Assembly: GCA_000004695.1 (NCBI GenBank)
Contig: CM000151.3
Location: 1,888,001 to 1,952,000, forward strand
Length of the DNA: 64,000 nucleotides
Reading direction: 5' to 3'
Source of the DNA: Dictyostelium discoideum
Taxonomy: Eukaryota
Shown here: one piece after another, positions 23,544-34,422 of the stretch
Layout: every line of letters starts with the position of its first letter
Position numbering within the stretch: the stretch's first letter is position 1
Made by a program: the position numbers and the translations under genes
Notes under the pieces: generated by a model
What the model saw: the letters and a program-made list of their open reading frames with translations, nothing else
Database searches by the model: none
What the model was told of the DNA's origin: nothing

Positions 23544-24632
23544 TTAATAAAGATTTGGATCTAAAATAGTTTCATATGGAACAAATAATGAATCAATACC
23601 ATTAGTTTCAATAAATGGAGAATCTTTGTGAATGTATCTTGGTGTCATTAGTGCCCAATCACGATTACCACAAATAATTTCATGTAATTGTTCAACTAAG
23701 TAAATAACACCATTCATTTCTTCTTCACTTATATGGCTAAGTGATTTGATTAACAATTTTTCATCATTTTGGATATCAAAAATGCATTGTTTTGCTTCTG
23801 CTATTAATTCAGAATAAACTTTTTCAAATGGTAAATTCAATTTCTTTTGGAGGATGTAAAGACAATTTTCACCAGCACAATCATGATTTAGTTCCTTTGC
23901 ATATGAAACACAATCATTAAAAATAATGATTTGTCTTGATGCTGATCTCACCATTCTATTCCAAATTGGATTTAACCAAAATGATCCATGGACATTAGTT
24001 CTAACAGCAACACTATTAACACCCACGACAAAGAATAATCCAATATTAATGGTTCTAATAAATTGATATACTTCAATTGGAACTGAATCATGATTATTTC
24101 CTTTTGATTTTTTCAATGGAATAATTGAAAAGAACCATTCTCTTAAATAATGAATAAAGATATTGAATGATTCAATTCTATGAATTGTTGGATTTAATAA
24201 TCTTTTTCTTAATATTAAAGAGTATTTATCTAATGGAGTCAAGTCATTATATTCAATATTTGAAATATATGAACTATCTTTACCAAAGATTAATATATCT
24301 TCATACTTTTTAACACAATACTGTTGTTTTTCATCAGTCATATGGTCACGTTCAAGAAAGTCATCCAAAACGAATATCCACAACATAATACTGGCGGCAA
24401 CCATACATTGTTCATAATCATACTTTGGATAGAACCATGTTACACAATTTAGAACTCCATTGGCATAAGCAAAATGTTTTTCATTTGAAGCTTCAAATAT
24501 ACCACAACTGACTCCTTCATTATAGGTATCTTTGATATGTTTATAATTTTTATTTATTGGATAAGACCATTCACTTGGGAAATAAAATTTTTTTAAGCTA
24601 TATAACGGTTTTTCAAGATTAATAGTTTCCAT
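23544..24632 (-). CDS. Class I terpene synthase (microbial-type TPS), 362 aa, single exon
   Basis: All three signature motifs are present: the aspartate-rich VLDDFLE (DDxxD/E), the NSE/DTE triad NDCVSYAKE (NDxxSxxxE), and the C-terminal WxxxxxRY motif (WALMTPRYI). The size is typical of dictyostelid TPS genes. Confidence 0.9.
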   Translation of the reverse strand: METINLEKPLYSLKKFYFPSEWSYPINKNYKHIKDTYNEGVSCGIFEASNEKHFAYANGVLNCVTWFYPKYDYEQCMVAASIMLWIFVLDDFLERDHMTDEKQQYCVKKYEDILIFGKDSSYISNIEYNDLTPLDKYSLILRKRLLNPTIHRIESFNIFIHYLREWFFSIIPLKKSKGNNHDSVPIEVYQFIRTINIGLFFVVGVNSVAVRTNVHGSFWLNPIWNRMVRSASRQIIIFNDCVSYAKELNHDCAGENCLYILQKKLNLPFEKVYSELIAEAKQCIFDIQNDEKLLIKSLSHISEEEMNGVIYLVEQLHEIICGNRDWALMTPRYIHKDSPFIETNGIDSLFVPYETILDPNLY

Positions 24633-24961
24633 TTTTTGATTTTTAATTTGAAATGATTTTTTTTTTTTGTTAAAATTTATGTTTAAATATTTTTTTTTTT
24701 GTGGAATAATAATAATTTTTTTTTTTGCCTTTACTTGAATAGATTAATTATTATTTATTATTTTTTTGATTTTTGTGTGTTAATAATTGATTAAATTTTT
24801 TGTGGTTAAAAAAAACCGTTTTGGGGCTATTTTTAGAATTATTATATCAAATTTCCTTATTCCAACAAATGGTAATAAAGAATATAATTACAATAATAAG
24901 TGGATAAATACTAAATAAATGCATTTAATTTTTTTTTAACCTTTTTTTAACCTTTTTTTAA

Positions 24962-25019
<58 letters not shown>

Positions 25020-25136
25020 CCACTTTTTTTTTAATATAAATTTGCAAATCATTTTTTATTCACTTAAAATTTTTTTTTTTTTTTTTTTTTTATTTTTTTT
25101 ATTTTTTTAATTTTTTTTAATTGGATAAAAAATTAA

Positions 25137-25832
25137 AAAATATTAGTAAATTATTTTCTAATAATTAATTTTGATTTGAATTCTAATGGGCATAATGTTT
25201 TTGTTAAATAACCATTTTCATCATTTAATTGGGTGGTGGTTCTTTCAAATTTAAATGTTTTATATAATTTAGTTGATACCAAAAACATTATTGAATCAGC
25301 GACATTGGCACCAGGACATTGACGTAAACCAGATGAAAAAGCGCATTGACCAATATTTGATTCATCTTTTGATAAAAAGCGATCAGGATTGAAGATGTTA
25401 GGTTCACTGCTTTCAATATTACTTCTATTACATCCATATAAATTTGGAATTACTTGAGTATTTTTTGGAATAAATATATCATCAATAACAATATCATCAG
25501 TACATATATGTGGTAATGCAAATGGTGCTGCTATATATATATATATTGATTTTTTGAAAATATTTTCAGTAATTATTTCAATAAATATATTATGTATAAT
25601 AAATTATAATAATGTATAATAAATATTTACGTGGTGAAATTCTTAAAGTTTCTTTAATAAATGAATTTAAATATGGGAATTGTAATTTATCCTTATGTAA
25701 TGGATGGTTTGGTGTGTTTATTTCAAAAAATAATTTCTCTTGAATATTTGGATAATTTGTTAAATATAATAACAACCAATCCATAGTTGTACTTGTTGTA
25801 ACTTTAAAAAAAAAATTAGAATAGTCAATTTT

Positions 25833-25879
<47 letters not shown>

Positions 25880-26379
25880 AAAATATAATATTATATTTAC
25901 CTGTAACAATAATATTAAAACTTAAATATGAAGATCAGTTATTTTAATTAAATTTGATGTATCCTTTCGAATTTCACTAATGAAATATTCTAAAAAACAT
26001 TTTGGTTCACTAATATTTAATAAAAAAAAATAAAATAAAATTTAGTTTTTTATTTAAATATATACTAAATGTTAAATATATATACATACATTCCATCATC
26101 ATCATCATCAATAATATTTTTTAAAATATTATCAATTAATGGTTGAAAGAAATTTAAACAATTATTATACTCTTTTTCAATTTCTTTATAATTATTAAAT
26201 GGTTTTAAAATTGGGATAAAATCTGCTGGTTGTTTTGCTAAATATTCAAATAATTTATTATAGCTTTGGATAAATGAATAAAATTATTTTGATAATAAAT
26301 TATCATCATATTCAAATGATACACCAAATAGAAATCTATATAAAATATTTAATAAAATTCTTTTAAAAATTGGACCCAT

Positions 26380-26429
<50 letters not shown>

Positions 26430-26531
26430 AAACCTTAAGTATTGTAAATAAAATCATGATTATATTTTGACTAATTGGTTTCACCTATTTTAAAAGATGA
26501 TTAAATCAAAATAAAATAAACACTTTCACTG

Positions 26532-26575
<44 letters not shown>

Positions 26576-26835
26576 ATATCTATTTTTAAAATTAACATTT
26601 TTGTTAACCACTTAAAATTAATAACTATTTTTTCAATATTGTTGGATCTAATATATTTGTTATAATATAATCTATACTTACATTTATTATAACATAATGA
26701 GTTTTTATTTTTATCTTAAAAAGGCTTAAATATTAAAACAAATTCTTTTGAACAAAAATACAACTTGTTTTAAAGATACATTAACATGCATTTGGTGTAT
26801 AAAAAAAATTATAAATTATAATCCAAACATAAAAA
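25137..26835. repeat. Segmental duplication copy A (about 1.7 kb), about 95% identical to copy B but with an ~840-bp internal deletion removing P450 exons 1-3
   Basis: Long identical stretches align by eye, e.g. 25137-25560 with 27928-28345, 26101-26395 with 28880-29172, and 26421-26530 with 30061-30170. Confidence 0.8.
25151..26395 (-). pseudogene. Cytochrome P450 pseudogene (copy A). Retains exons 4-7 only (MGPIFKRILLNILYRF...ETLRISP...FSSGLRQCPGANVA...KSKLIIRK*), lacks the N-terminal exons, and has frameshift/stop lesions in the I-helix exon
   Basis: Heme loop FSSGLRQCPGANVA and the K-helix ETLR are present. Upstream of the MGPIF exon the sequence jumps straight into the copy-B 5'-flank homologue, so the membrane anchor and PSGPLILPIIG exon are deleted. 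The exon-5 equivalent at about 25930-25990 reads ...ITDLHI* because of small deletions relative to copy B (...ITDLPYICFDIIVAGI). Confidence 0.6.
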
Positions 26836-26884
26836 CAAAAGAGATTATATTCTTTGTGTTGGGAAAAAAAAAAAGATACCCACA

Positions 26885-26926
<42 letters not shown>

Positions 26927-27099
26927 AAAAAACATTAATTATTTGAAATATAAAAAAAACACCACAACCTGTAGTGTTTGGTGTGGAAAAAATAAAAATA
27001 GAAAAAATAAAATCAATTTAAAAATTAAAAATAAACACTTTTGTTTAAATAAAATGATGATATAATATCAATGATGAAAAATAATTACCAAATGTAACT

Positions 27100-27760
27100 A
27101 GACTTCTCTTAAATATTACATCAGCTGATATTCCTTCAAACACCATGGTGTTTTACAATATAGCTTTTGGAAATGGGTTCAATTCCACCAGGTAATTCAA
27201 TTAAACAATAAAGTTATTATCATTAATAGCGGTACAATTACAATCAGTGGTTAATTTGGTACAGCAAAAAGATATGCCACTCGCAAAGATTCCAGTTTTC
27301 ATTTACTATGCGGATAGTAAGACTCCTTTCGTCCCCACCCTTACAGATACAACCGATTCATATTCATTCTTTAATCCTGCAACTATTTGATTACAGCACT
27401 TCCAACTGGTTAGGGTCATGAGGTTGAATCAAACATCAGTAATTCTAAAAACCTACACTGCTCCATCTTTTATCACCGGTGAAGAAACATGTAATGATGT
27501 ACCAAGTCTTTCAGTAGACACATATGTCATTGTTAATACTGAAGAAAATAGTCCAAATACAGGTGAACCAGTTATTGTTATGTTTCCATTCAATTCTACT
27601 CTACATTGAAATTATTGCCATTTCAACAACTCCAATAGGATCAATTACATTACTGATAGCGTGCTTAATTTTAAATTTCAAATAACCTCATCCAAATAAT
27701 GAAATAGAGTATCTGTGTGAACCCGATTTATTTCGGATTATTATTATTATTATTATTATT
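27100..27760. other. GC-richer, complex (non-low-complexity) non-coding island in the spacer between the two duplicated P450 units. Possible transposon or decayed gene relic
   Basis: Composition and complexity differ sharply from the flanking A/T homopolymer deserts. Only short ORFs are present (63 aa on the + strand at 27418..27609). It ends in the palindrome cccgatttatttcgg at about 27720. Confidence 0.3.
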
Positions 27761-27927
27761 TTTTTTTTTTGGATATCCGACACATCATTTTATCTTAGAT
27801 ATAACTTTAATAGATAATTTAAAAAAATATAAAATATCTATCTGGGGGCAAATATAGATAATTTAAAACCCTTTTATTTTAATTGTATTTTTAGCAATTT
27901 TTTTTTTTTTTTTTTTTTTTTTTAAAT

Positions 27928-28619
27928 AAAATATTAGTAAATTATTTTCTAATAATTAATTTTGATTTGAATTCAAATGGGGATAATGATCTTGTAAAAT
28001 GACCATTTTCATCATTTAATTGAGTAGTGGTTCTCTCAAATTTAAATGTTTTATATAATTTAGTTGATACCAAAAACATTATTGAATCAGCGACATTGGC
28101 ACCAGGACATTGACGTGAACCAAATGAAAAAGCGCATTGACCAATATTTAATTCATCTTTTGATAAAAAGTGATCAGGATTGAAGACGTTAGATTCACTG
28201 CTTTCAATATTACTTCTATTACATCCATATATGTTTGGAATTACTTGAGTATTTTTTGGAATAAATATATCATCAATAACAATATCATCAGTACATATAT
28301 GTGGTAATGCAAATGGTGCTGCTATATATATATGGATTTTTTAAAAAAATAAAAATTTTCAGTAATTATTTCAAAATGTATAATAAATTATAATAATGTA
28401 TTATAAATATTTACGTGGTGAAATTCTTAAAGTTTCTTTAATAATTGAATTTAAATATGGGAATTGTAATTTATCCTTATGTAATGGATGGTTTGGTGTG
28501 TTTATTTCAAAAAATAATTTCTCTTGAATATTCGGATAATTTGTTAAATATAATAACATCCAATCCATAGTTGTACTTGTTGTAACTTTAAAAAAAAATT
28601 AGAATCATAAATTTTAATT

Positions 28620-28651
<32 letters not shown>

Positions 28652-30011
28652 AAAAAAGAAAAAATAAATATTAGATTTACCTATACCTGCAACAATAATA
28701 TCGAAACATATATATGGAAGATCAGTTATTTTAATTAAATTTGATGTATCCTTTCGAATTTCACTAATGAAATATTCTAAAAAACATTTTGGTTCACTAT
28801 TATTTAATAAAAAAAAAAAAAAAAATAAAATTTAGTATTTTAATTAAACACATACTAGAATTATAACTTATACATACTTTCCATCATCATCATCATCACT
28901 AATATTTTTTAAAATATTATCAATTAATGGTTGAAAGAAATTTAAACAATTATTATACTCTTTTTCAATTTCTTTATAATTATTAAATGGTTTTAAAATT
29001 GGGATAAAATCTGCTGGTTGTTTTGCTAAATATTCAAATAATTTATTATAGCTTTGGATAAATGAATAAAATTCTTTTGATAATAAATTATCATCATATT
29101 CAAATGATACACCAAATAGAAATCTATATAAAATATTTAATAAAATTCTTTTAAAAATTGGACCCATATCCTTTTTTTTTTTTTTTTTGTGAAAAATTAA
29201 ACTAATAATCAATTATATATATATATATTTATTTATTTATTTATTTATTTTTTTCAAAAATAATAAAAACTTACAATATTATTATCTTGATTTATTTTTT
29301 TTAATAAATATTCTTCAGCTTTAAAATATTCATTATAAAATAATTCTTCCATTTGACGAGATTTTGATTTAGTAATTGAACTACTTAAAATATCTTTTAA
29401 TTTTCTCCAATGAGAACCATTACCAAATCTAATTTATATATATTTAATTAATTAATAATTTTTTTTAATACTAAATATTTATTTTTAAAGTTATATACTT
29501 ACATAATACCTTGATATTTTCCCATGTAATAAAAAGATGGTAAATGAAATCTTTGTGAAAAAAAGGTTGGATTGTCACGAAATGATTTTTGTAAAAAATT
29601 GATATCATTAATTACAATTGTATCAATTGAACCCATTTTCAATGAAAATACTTTTCCGTATTTATCTGATAATTGTTTGAATGATAAGTGAGGATATTTT
29701 AAACTTAATTTGTAAAGGCTACCAATAATAGGTAATATTAATGGACCACTTGGAAATTTACATTTTAATTTATTTTCTCCAACTAATAATGATGAAGGTA
29801 CTGCTCTATTAAAAAACTTTTTAAATTAAAAATTTTATTAATATTATTTTTTATTTAAAAATTTTATTAATATTATATTATATTATATTAATGCTTACTT
29901 TTATATTTATTAAATATATATATATAAATAATCCTAAAATAATTCCTAATATCATTTTTTAATATTAATTAAATTAAGTTTTAAAAATTTAATTATTAAA
30001 ATTTTATTAGT

Positions 30012-30064
<53 letters not shown>

Positions 30065-30163
30065 AAACCTTCAGTATTGTAAATAAAATCATTATTATAT
30101 TTTGACTAATTGGTTTTACCTATTTTAAAAGATGATTAAATCAAAATAAAATACACACTTTCC

Positions 30164-30215
<52 letters not shown>

Positions 30216-30500
30216 TGTTAAATTTAACATTTTTGCCACTTCAAATAATTATTTTTTGAATATAAATATTAATATATTTGATTGATTATAACATCTATAC
30301 TTACATTTATTATCACATAATCATTATTTGAGTTTTTATTTTTATCTTAAAATATTATAACCTTTTAAGATAAAATTTCTTTACAACCAATATCATCATT
30401 ACAAAAAAACAACTTGTTTTAAAAGATATATTTAAATAAATGTTTAGTGTATTAAAAACTATAGGCCAAATAAAAAAAGGTTATATTTTTAAAACTGTAA
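27928..30500. repeat. Segmental duplication copy B (about 2.55 kb) containing the intact P450 gene plus its 5' flank
   Basis: See copy A. Confidence 0.8.
27942..29955 (-). CDS. Cytochrome P450 monooxygenase (intact copy), about 480 aa, 7 exons. Exons: complement join(29899..29955, 29503..29816, 29275..29428, 28878..29170, 28681..28796, 28415..28585, 27942..28321)
   Basis: Exon 1 is the membrane anchor MILGIILGLFIYIYLINIK|GTAAGC. Exon 2 has FPSGPLILPIIGSLYKL...MGKYQGI. Exon 3 has FGNGSHWRKLKDIL. Exon 4 has DMGPIFKRILLN...DDDDDG. Exon 5 has the I-helix ...FDIIVAGI. Exon 6 has VTTSTTMDWLLLYLTNYPNIQEKL...PYLNSFIKETLRISP (K-helix ExxR). Exon 7 has the heme loop FSFGSRQCPGANVA and ends KSKLIIRK*. 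Every junction is GT...AG and the exon lengths (57, 314, 154, 293, 116, 171, 380 nt) are phase-consistent. Confidence 0.8.
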
Positions 30501-30632
30501 GCCAAACATGAAAAAAAAAAAAAAAAATAATAATAAAAATAAAAATAAATCTATTTTTAAGTTCAAAAAAAAAAAAATAAAAAAAAAAATTTCTTTTTGT
30601 GTTAGATGAAAAAAAAGAAAAAAAAAAAAGGG

Positions 30633-30703
30633 AAAAATAAAAATAAAAATAAAAATAAAAATAAAAATAAAAATAAAAATAAAAATAAAAATAAAAATAA
30701 AAA
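30633..30703. repeat. (AAAATA)n hexamer microsatellite of about 12 units, about 90 bp upstream of the IFI6-like gene ATG
   Basis: Read directly. It is the source of the spurious poly-Phe/Ile ORF 30489..30737. Confidence 0.9.
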
Positions 30704-30795
30704 CAACTAACACTGTAAAATTAAAAATTGAATTCAATAGGTTTTTTTTTTTTTTTTTTTTTTCCCAATCCTACCCAAAAAATAAAATACACAAA

Positions 30796-31311
30796 ATGGC
30801 TGACCCAGAAAATAATAATAACTATAATGTTGATAGTGGATCTAATATCAATGATAAGCACCAAGATCCAATTGAACAAAAAGATAGTTTCAGTAAAATT
30901 TTAAAAGAAAAAAGTATTTTAATTGGAGATAAAACAGTTGAATTTGCAAAGGAACATCCATACACAACAACAGCAATTGCAATCACTGGGGTAACAACAG
31001 GTGGAGCAATTATTGCAACACCTTATATCGCAGCAGCTTTAGGTTTTGGTACTGGGGGTATCATTAAATCTACAATTGCAGCTAAAACAATGGCAACTTT
31101 AGGATCAGGTTCAAAAATCGGTGCTCTGTTACAATCAATTGGTGCTAAATCAACAATTCTTCATTTAGTTGGTGCTACTAAAATCGCTGCTATATCTGGT
31201 AGTATTTCTGCTGCTTGTGTATCTACAATTTATTATGCAAAAGATTGTTTTTCTAAAATATTAAACTATTTTAATAATAATAAAAATAATAATAAAAAAA
31301 AAGAAGAATAA
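30796..31311 (+). CDS. Interferon-alpha-inducible 6-16 family (IFI6/IFI27/ISG12-like) small Gly/Ala-rich membrane protein, 171 aa
   Basis: ITGVTTGGAIIATPYIAAALGFGTGGIIKSTIAAKTMATLGSGSKIGALLQSIGAKS parallels human IFI27 ...AMGFTAAGIASSSIAAKMMSAA...GGGVASGSLVATLQSLGA. A Kozak-like A-rich context is present. Confidence 0.65.
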   Translation: MADPENNNNYNVDSGSNINDKHQDPIEQKDSFSKILKEKSILIGDKTVEFAKEHPYTTTAIAITGVTTGGAIIATPYIAAALGFGTGGIIKSTIAAKTMATLGSGSKIGALLQSIGAKSTILHLVGATKIAAISGSISAACVSTIYYAKDCFSKILNYFNNNKNNNKKKEE

Positions 31312-31476
31312 TACCAATAATTAAACAAATGAAATGAAGAAATAGTTAAAAAGGTAACAAATTTTCACACAAGGATATCCTTTTATTAAAATCAATAAAT
31401 AAAAAAAAAAACATTAGGTTTTCTAATTAAAATTAATATATTTGTTTTACTATTGTATAGCAAATAAATTTAATAT

Positions 31477-31716
31477 TTATTTTTTAATTATAAAATCTAA
31501 AGTTTCTTTGAGTAATCTATTTCTTCTTAATGATTCATATTCATCGGGTGCAAAGTCAAAGAAATGTCTTGTTTCCTTTCCAATCTCTGTTGATACAAAT
31601 TTAAAAGTTACATCAATACGGTTTTCATTTACTGGAGCACCAACATTTGGAATATCAATATACAAATGTCCAAAAAATTGGACACCTGGGTCAGTCGAAT
31701 ATGACATTGTTGGCAT
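31477..31716 (-). pseudogene. Partial duplicate of the 3' end of the Hsp70-like domain of the upstream gene (MPTMSYSTDPGVQFFGHLYIDIPNVGAPVNENRIDVTFKFVSTEIGKETRHFFDFAPDEYESLRRNRLLKETLDFIIKK*). No vWA follows
   Basis: About 85% nucleotide identity to 32600-32840. It keeps the reading frame that the main copy has lost and lacks the 27-nt insertion present in the main copy. Confidence 0.5.
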
Positions 31717-31956
31717 GTGATGAGAAAATGGAAAATAAAATTAATTTTTGATCTCGTTTAGTTGGAAATATGGTCTTGTAAACACTTCATCAAAACCAAC
31801 CATTTGGTTTGCATGAACAATAACATCACAAACATTTTTGCAACTAGTGATTATAAATTCATACTTCAACAAAAAAAAAAATAAATAAAAAAAAAATTAA
31901 AAAAATAATTTGATATTCAATTTTATTTCATTTTTAAAGGGATATTTATTAATTTT

Positions 31957-34422
31957 TTAATTTGTAAATCTGGTAATAGAGGTTTGAACAAAGTTAACTA
32001 AAGAAGGTAATAATTTTGAGACATCTGATCCAAGGTCATGAACTACAATCTTTTTTTGAGGTGAGTCATATGACTTTCTAAAAATTTCAATCATCTTATC
32101 AGTTTGAGATGTGATTTTAATGAAATAATAGTCAATTGATTTTGAAGATAATTTTTGTAAAAGTTTTTCTGGAACCAAACCACTTGGGTCACCATCTGGA
32201 TATGAATCAACACAATTATGATATTTTTTGCCGTGGCATGGTGCATCGCCTACATGGACAACAAGTTTAGTATGAGTTGGTTTCCACGATAGGTTATTTA
32301 CTTGTAAAAAAGCACCTGTAATATCTTCTGGAGTATCACCACCACCTGTTGGAACTGCTTCATTAATTTTGGAAGCAAGATATCCCATATCCGTTGTAAA
32401 TGGTACAACCTCAAATCTATTGGAATCAGTAATATCACGATAACCTATGAAACTTGCATTCAATTCCAAACCTACATATGAGCTGGCTAATAATCCAGTT
32501 AATGAAATAATTTTTTCTTTACTTTCTTTAATCCATGAGCCCATACTACCAGTGCAATCCATCATGAGGCAAAGTTGTACCATTGGGGGTTTATTCTTTT
32601 CTTGACGTAATCTATTTCTTCTTAATGATTCTGCTTCATCGAGTGCAAAGTCGTAAGAATGTCTAATTTCCTTTCCCGATTTTACATGTAATGCACAAAC
32701 TTCTATCTCTGTTGATGCAATTTTAAAGTTACATCAATACGGTTTTCATTGACTGGTGCACCTACATTTGGAATATTAACATACAATTCACCAATAAATT
32801 GAACACCTGGGTCAGTCGTATATGACATTGTTTGCATATACGATGAGAAAATGGAAATTTCAATGGCTTTTTGATCTTGTGAAGTTGGAACATATGACCT
32901 TGTAAACACTTCATCACAACCAACCATTTGATTTGCATGAACAAAAACATCACAAACATTTTGGCAATGTGGAATATCTCTGATTTTAATTATTGATTTT
33001 CCAGTATGTGGTTTACTTGGTGTAACTACTTCTGTAATCTCTGTTGCATAACTTTTGGTTTGTTTTCTTGTTGAAATTGTATTTGGATTTAATCCAAATC
33101 TTGTTGCACCCATAACGACTGATAGACCAGCCTTATTTGGAATGATGAATTTTGCACCAGTAAATTCTAATTCACTTTTAATATGTTCTTGCAAATCTTT
33201 ATTTTCATTGAAACCGCCAATTAAAAAAATATAATCTAATTTTTTAATATCTGAATTTGATTTGATTTCACTTTTTATTGAATCGGTGATACTTTGGAAT
33301 AAAGGTTTGAAAAATGAAATAAATAAATCCTGTGGGAAAATCAATTTCTCTCTTGCTGATGAATATCTTAAACTGAAACCACTTTTTGAATTAAATTCTT
33401 GAATTTTTTTATTTAACCATTTTTCATCTTCATGAAATAATGCCATTGGAAAAAATTCTAAACTGATGATATGATTTGAATCTCTATTATAAGTTTTTTT
33501 TAAGAATCCAAATTTATCAAACAAAGATTGTAAGTGGGGCTTTTTTTTCTTTTTTCAATAACATCATCTCCAAATAACTTTTTAAGAAATAAAATAAAAT
33601 TATTATTAACATAACTTGATCCAAAATCACCACCAAATGAACGAGAAATTGATTTTAATTTTCCTCCTTCCAATTGTTCATAACAAATGATATCGGATGT
33701 TCCACCACCATTATCGATAACCATAAACTTTTAACCAACTTGAACAGAGTAACCAGTAGTTTTTTCAAAAATACATTGTAATGCACCAGCTTCTGGTTCA
33801 TATGAAAAGATGAGAGACTCTAAGAATATTTTAAATAAATTGTTAATAAATGAAAATTTGATTTTATTTAATAAATTAATTTTTACTTACCTTTATCATC
33901 TTTTGAACAAAGTCCTGCAGTGTCTGCACAACTTCTCATTACTTGTTTACTAGAGTCATCCCAAATTGCAGGGATTGTTAATACCCATTGAACTTCGGAT
34001 TCATAAACTTTTTTGGAAGATATACTATTTACCTTATTCATTGCAACAATTTTTAAATATCTTAAGGATTCAGTAATGAGTTCTTGAATTGTTGCACTAT
34101 GATTACCACAAACTGATTTAATTGGTTGGCCTCTAGTTTTTGGGTTAAATAGATGCATTTTATAAGAGGAGTAAAGCGAATGTTTTTCAGTACCTTCATC
34201 ATCATTGTTTGAAAAGTAATCTCTAGCCTCGTAACCAAATGCAACAAATTTTTTTTTTTCATCCAACACAATTTGCGTCAAAGTTTTTACATTTATTGAA
34301 CATGACCCACCCCAAGTTTCAGTGCAATAAACTGTCTCTGAAATATCTTGGGGGAAAACAAATGCAAACCCAGAACATGAAGTACCAAAATCAATTGCAA
34401 TTACAACACTTTTACCTTTCAT
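31957..34422 (-). pseudogene. HSPA12-like (Hsp70 actin-fold ATPase) gene fused to a C-terminal von Willebrand factor A (MIDAS) domain. One in-frame TAA and two single-nt homopolymer frameshifts make it a probable pseudogene. Exon 1 is 33891..34422, the intron is 33820..33890, exon 2 starts at 33819
   Basis: Exon 1 has VVIAIDFGTSCSGFAFVF, the Hsp70 phosphate-1 motif. Exon 2 has MVIDNGGGTSDI (phosphate-2), FGDDVIEKRKK, YIFLIGGFNENKDL, TRSYVPTSQDQ, TDPGVQFIGELYVNIPN, collinear with human HSPA12A. Lesion 1 is an in-frame TAA (plus-strand tta at 33731-33733) in ...YSVQVG*KFMVID. Lesion 2 is a frame change inside the A8/A6 run at about 33541-33556. Lesion 3 is a 1-nt loss in the tttt/aaa run at about 32719-32728, judged against the fragment at 31477..31716. 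If these are mentally corrected, the frame runs without stops into ORF 31957..32583 (MVQLCLMMDCTGSMGSW...), a vWA domain with the DxTxS MIDAS motif. Confidence 0.5.

Noticed and set aside
26284-26484. ORF MKPISQNIIMILF...[20 protein letters not shown]
   Set aside because: Read-through from the duplicated 5' flank, across a poly(A) run, into the first retained exon of the truncated P450 copy. Not a real N-terminus.
26870-26890. acccacacaa resembling the DUSE ncRNA promoter element
   Set aside because: An extra dinucleotide breaks the consensus. No candidate structured RNA about 60 bp downstream, only T-runs.
27160-27200. tRNA-like T-loop word gggttcaattcc
   Set aside because: Flanks cannot form T-stem or acceptor-stem pairings on either strand. 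No D-arm or anticodon arm.
27330-27360. ccttacagata resembling the class I ncRNA core CCTTACAGCAA
   Set aside because: Only 9 of 11 match. No complementary 5'/3' stem. No DUSE ([AT]CCCA[CT]AA) about 60 bp upstream. Kept only as a remark within the GC-island finding.
31442-31720. 92-aa + strand ORF
   Set aside because: Antisense to the duplicated Hsp70-like 3' fragment. No homology.
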